A stretch of 64,000 nucleotides of DNA from Octopus vulgaris (Eukaryota): positions 15,934,001-15,998,000 of the forward strand of contig OX597828.1 of the NCBI GenBank assembly GCA_951406725.2, in the 5' to 3' direction. This document shows, piece after piece, positions 59,661 through 64,000 of this stretch. The notes beneath the pieces are model-generated. The model was not told the origin of the DNA. It did no database searches and saw nothing but the letters and a program-made list of their open reading frames with translations. The stretch's first letter is position 1. Each line of letters begins with the position of its first letter. The position numbers and the translations under genes are program-made.

Positions 59661-59854
59661 ATATCTATATATATATATCGTTGCTATTATATAAAAGCGT
59701 CGTAAGTCCAAGACGTTGTTTTTCACAAAATGAGAAAGTAGTTTTGCCATTCCATAGCAAAACCGTTGTATTACACTTTCAAAATTTGTGATATCTTGGC
59801 ATCTGAAGCAGCTAGAGATACGATAGTTTGACCAAAGAACCGGCTATTTCAAGG

Positions 59855-59886
<32 letters not shown>

Positions 59887-60399
59887 TACGAGAAAAACGC
59901 CCCCCGTCCAATGGACGGTGCTGAGTTGTTAAACATTTAAACCAAATTTTCTCAAAACAACCTGCCCGACCGTCCCACAGGCCTCACTTTTGAGAAACAC
60001 TGATTTAACCTAAATTTGAGACACTAACAAAAGAAGAAATAAAGATAGACTTTTTTCTATTCCAAAGAAAAACGATTTTATTCACACAAATATGCAACCG
60101 AAGAGTTTAAAGTACCAGTAATAATAAGGCTGTTGACTGGGAGAACACAAACATTGTTTAAATAGTAAGCTTGTCAGGAAAGAAACGTGCCTTTAAGCAG
60201 TACAAAAACAATAAAAAATGGAAGGTGCAGTTATGTACCGGTCGACGGAAGAAAATCAGGACAAAAACGATGCATGCAAATGGGTTAGCTGGAGGTAAAT
60301 CTAGATGGAAAAGCATGATGATTTTTTTCCGCAAACTGCACGGGCATTTTTCTCGCGTACGCGTAGTATCAATCGCAACAGCTGATGTACTTGCGCGTA

Positions 60400-60590
60400 C
60401 AAATGCACGTTCTCACGGCTTTATCGATCGCATTCTCACTTGCAATCGATTTTTGTAAGTTTTTCAAGACTTATACACGCCCTGGTACCGTCGGTATCTA
60501 CATATCAAATTTGAGTGCAATCGAATGGAGGATGCCCGAGATCCTAGAAGACACATACAGAGACAGACAGAACGGATTTTATATAATATA
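60400..60590 (-). mobile_element. Possible Helitron 5' remnant
   Basis: Reverse complement TATATAAAATCCGTTCTGTCTGTCTCTGTATGT...CGATTGCACTCAAATTTG resembles the 5' layout of 20558; 3' CTAG end not found. Confidence 0.4.
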
Positions 60591-60639
60591 TATATATATT
60601 TATTTATTTATAGTAGAATACTGAAAAAAGTTCTTGGTA

Positions 60640-61435
60640 CAGTATAATATATTCGAAAGAATGAGTAGAGGTGGTTTTGGGGGTATAATTTTTCTTTTAA
60701 TGATAATGCTTACAGTTACTCAAATGAGTTTCGAGCTTTTCGTTAGCCTTTTCGAACTGAAACTGTGGTTTAGAAGGTTGTTCATATAGCAAAATATTTT
60801 TCTTAGAAGCATACAAATAAAAAATGAAAATAGAAAATAAAAGTTAGAAAAAAATTGCGAGTATAAAAACTAATATAAAAATGATATGAAATATTATAAA
60901 AGAATATAAAAAGTAAATACAACAGTATGTGAGAAAATTGTTTTTGCTATATTAAAGGGTATGTTTCTTATGGTATATGAGGGATGGGAGGAATGAAAGT
61001 TCAAATATTGGTGTGTCTGGAGGTTTGTAGAAGAGATCTGTTTTTATAATGTTATTTTCTTTAATTGGAAATATGTAAAAAAATGGTAATTCCTTTGTGT
61101 TTTGTTGCATGGTGAATTTTTTTGAAGTGTGTATGTTGTTTAAAAGTGAATTAAATATTCTTAAGTCTTCTTGGATTTTTGTTCAGAATATAAAGCAATC
61201 GTCTAAATATCGTTTCCAATTGTTTTTTTTTTTTATATATATGGAGAATTGTTTGTTAAATGTTTTCGTTAGTTGGGAATAAAGTTTAATCCCGAAGAAG
61301 GCCATAACGAGTGTTGCATATGTGGGGGCTACTTTTGTACCCACCGTAGTTCCTTTTATTTGTAAGTAGAAGTTGTTATCAAAGAAGTGATTATTCTCCA
61401 GTATTAATTTTAATCCTTCTAAAATGTAGGTTCTT
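60640..61435 (-). pseudogene. Penelope-like element reverse transcriptase fragment
   Basis: Minus strand reads YILEGLKLILENNHFFDNNFYLQIKGTTVGTKVAPTYATLVM, then NWKRYLDDCFIF*, KFTM and KTDLFYKP: PLE RT motifs with stops and frameshifts. Confidence 0.85.
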
Positions 61436-61522
61436 GAGAATAATAAAAATTATCCCCACAAATTTTTCAAATATATATTTATATATATGTATATATGTCT
61501 GTGTGCATAAGTATATATATAC

Positions 61523-61577
<55 letters not shown>

Positions 61578-61624
61578 AATATATGTATCATTATATATAT
61601 ATATATATATATATGTATTATGAT

Positions 61625-62055
61625 ATGTAAAAAAAATACAAACTGTGACAAGAACGCATAACACTTAGAAGACGATACAACAAACACAGACAGGACAGTC
61701 GAAGCCCTCAGTCTTCAGTCAAGAACCGGATCATCGTAGTAATTTCGGCTGATTAATCTTGAGATTACTAGATCCGGCCAGCCCTCCAGGAAAAACTAAG
61801 CAACGAGCATTAGAAAAACTAAGATAGGAGCGTAGATTTCCTGGAAGAAGGATCGAATGCATACGAACACAGGGACAGCAAAACGGACGGTGCCACACGA
61901 ATATAAAAAACAAAAAACAATAATGAAATACAAAAACATGAAATACAAAAGCGAATATGGTAAAAACAGCAGGTGTCTTACGACTAATAACAGTGCAAAC
62001 AAGTTTGGCTGGCGTATTTTGGAAAAATTGCCTTAACGGCGAACAAGGACAACGA
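61625..62055. mobile_element. Putative PLE terminal repeat interrupted by the Gypsy insertion
   Basis: First ~190 bp homologous to 7965-8155; adjacent to the PLE RT fragment. Confidence 0.5.
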
Positions 62056-62481
62056 TGTTGTCACGGCGCTGGTCAGAGGCCGAAAGGCGGATTTTGGCCA
62101 GCAGTCACGTGACGGATGTGGTGTGGTGATGAGGGAGTGTGACAGAGAGGGAGGGAGCGGAAGTGGGTCTTGCAGGTCTCGCAGGGCGCATGCGCCGGCG
62201 GAAGCGGAAGTCAGCGACAGAACGCACGTGCGGCATCGACGAGGACAGGGAGACACGAGAACGACGCCAAGACGACAAGACGCTAGCAAGTTGGCTCAAG
62301 GCGAATCCGGCTTCATCTCTACAGGTAAGACCAAATTACACTTCTAGTTCTTTTCCTTGTTCTGTTACGCTCCTTTTCACCACATCTATCACAAGCTATT
62401 TCGGCAAAATAATCACTCGGTTTCGTGAAAATAAAAATAAAAATTATGCAGACTGCTATGATTTCACGCGACCCTATAACA
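62056..62481 (+). repeat. Putative 5' LTR
   Basis: TGTTGT...ATAACA termini; AATAAA at 62430. The second LTR is outside the window, so the 3' boundary is unverified. Confidence 0.55.
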
Positions 62482-63201
62482 CAGTTTTGCGGCGACACCG
62501 ACGTGGTCGCTTGGTTGAGGAGGGTGAAGTTGGTGGCGAAGCTACACGGCATAGCTGACCTGGCTAGTTTTATGCCGTTGTATTTGGATGGCCCGGCGTT
62601 GGCGTTATATCTGGAGATGGAGGAAGCGGACCAACGCAGCGCGGACAAGGTGGAGATCCGACTTATGGAGGCCTTCGCGGAAGGAATGTTTGAAGCGTAC
62701 ACTCGACTGGGTAGGATGAGGTGGACAGGACAGCAGGTGGACGTGTTCGGCGGCGAGCTTAGAAGGTTGGCAAAACTTGCGGGATATGAGGGAGAGTCGC
62801 TAGAACGCACGGTCAGGTTAGCGTTCGTGACCGGCTTTCCCGACATCATGTCGGTCGAGCTACAGAAGCTCCCGAACGTGCGTTCGATGCCGATGGGCGA
62901 GATTATATCGCGGGCACGTGTACTGGTGTCGTGCAGCAGGTCGACGTCGGTAGCAGCGACTGCAACGTCGAAAAGTGGCCCAGCTAGGAGCAACGGAGAG
63001 GGGCTGGGGAAAGAACGCGTGCGGTCGTTTAAGGGACAGTGTTTCCGGTGCCAGGGCCCACACATGGTCCGTGACTGCGCGTCGCCCAAGCCGGAGGTGA
63101 TTTGCTACCGGTGCCGAGAGCCGGGGCATGTGGCCAGCGAGTGTCTGCGGGGAAACGGACCGCGGGAGACTACTGCGCCGGTAGTTGTCCCTTTGGATTA
63201 G
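62446..63201 (+). CDS. gag: Gag with two zinc knuckles
   Basis: DVVAWLRRVKLVAKL capsid-like N-terminus; CFRCQGPHMVRDC (CX2CX3HX4C) and CYRCREPGHVASEC (CX2CX4HX4C); first ATG at 62446; ends TAG followed by a second TAG. Confidence 0.88.
   Translation: MQTAMISRDPITQFCGDTDVVAWLRRVKLVAKLHGIADLASFMPLYLDGPALALYLEMEEADQRSADKVEIRLMEAFAEGMFEAYTRLGRMRWTGQQVDVFGGELRRLAKLAGYEGESLERTVRLAFVTGFPDIMSVELQKLPNVRSMPMGEIISRARVLVSCSRSTSVAATATSKSGPARSNGEGLGKERVRSFKGQCFRCQGPHMVRDCASPKPEVICYRCREPGHVASECLRGNGPRETTAPVVVPLD
63150..63191 (+). promoter_or_regulatory. Predicted -1 programmed ribosomal frameshift signal
   Basis: G GGA AAC in the gag frame, 7-nt spacer, hairpin GGGAGACTACTG-CGC-CGGTAGTTGTCCC. Confidence 0.8.
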
Positions 63202-64000
63202 TAGCGGCGCGTTTCTCATCGTTACCTGTGGTCGACATTCTGGTGAAGGGGAAGATGTCGCGAGCCCTGGTGGACACGGGCTGTACGACGACCCTGATGA
63301 CCACAGAAGTGGCAGAGACGTGGAGTGGAGGAAGCAGTGTCAGGGCAGTCGACGGAAGAGAAGTGCACTGCGAAGGGGTTACGGATGCGCAGATCGTGGT
63401 GCAGGGACTGCAGCTGACGTTGCGAGCGATTGTGGTCGGTCACTTGGTGGACGAGATCGACGTGGTGATGGGGATGGATGCGATCACCCGTCTGGGAGGT
63501 GTTACCGTCAACGAGGCTGGCGTAACGTTTGGGCTAGCAGGGAAGCCGTGTAGGGCGACACCACGCACCGACGACGACCGTGAGGAAATGGATGCGGCGC
63601 ACACCATTGAAGACCAGGATTTTCGGGCTGTCTTTGATGGCGAGAGGTGGACAGTGGAGTGGCACTGGAAGGGAGAGCCCCCGATGTTAAAGAACAAAGT
63701 GGGCTGCTATCAGCATACTCTAAAAGGAGATGCCAGAAGTGAGTTCGAGGGGGAGGTGGAGCGGTGGATTAAGGAGGGCATACTGATCCCCTGGGAAAAA
63801 GAAGAGAGCGGAGTCCTGCCACTGATGGCGGTGATACAGCCCACAAAGCGTAAGGTCAGGCCAGTGCTCGACTTCCGAGAGCTGAATGACCACGTGTCGT
63901 GTCATACAGGCGGCGAGGCCACGGATGTCTGCGGAGACACCTTGCGAGAGTGGAGGCAGACGGCGGGGGCCTCCACGATTGTCGATTTGAAGTCGGCATA
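63150..64000 (+). CDS. pol: Pol (aspartic protease + RT start), -1 frame to gag, open to window end
   Basis: Hand translation: ALVDTGCTTTL, VVMGMDAI, PLMAVIQPTKRKVRPVLDFRELND and IVDLKSA, with no stop. Absent from the ORF track because it has no stop in the window. Confidence 0.92.

Larger units (their letters stand above)
62056..64000 (+). mobile_element. Ty3/Gypsy LTR retrotransposon (5' part, runs off window)
   Basis: Abrupt GC rise at TGTTGTC; gag-protease-RT order with protease directly followed by RT; no microsatellites or in-frame stops. Confidence 0.92.

Noticed and set aside
61735-61795. Hammerhead-like GGCTG...CAGCC-GAAA on the minus strand (also ~8078-8132)
   Set aside because: A stem and GAAA are present but neither copy has a CUGANGA core.
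62319-63089. 256-aa antisense ORF over gag, and other ORFs overlapping pol
   Set aside because: Shadow ORFs expected in GC-rich coding sequence; no motifs.
63199-63204. Stop-codon readthrough from gag to pol
   Set aside because: Two consecutive TAGs, and pol is in the -1 frame.

Overview
Eukaryotic, AT-rich, repeat-saturated window with no supportable host protein-coding exon. The microsatellite load ((TA)n, (CA)n, (GA)n, (TATC)n, (TAT)n, (ATC)n) and the tRNA-derived SINE families look like a coleoid cephalopod (octopus-type) genome; this is inference, not a database result. Almost all ORFs in the supplied track are microsatellite translations. The real content is: at least four SINE families in dozens of copies with swapped heads and tails; decayed CR1, RTE, R4/Dong and Penelope-like (PLE) fragments; small mariner, pogo-like, Helitron and Helentron non-autonomous elements; and, at the right edge, a young GC-rich Ty3/Gypsy LTR retrotransposon with open gag and pol joined by a predicted -1 frameshift (G GGA AAC plus hairpin). 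The most notable hidden signal is several families of short non-coding elements next to (TA)n that carry minimal type I hammerhead ribozyme motifs. One family has a non-canonical core (CUGU[A/U]GA), and several related elements have fold-back architectures. All structures were read by eye; boundaries of degenerate elements are approximate.
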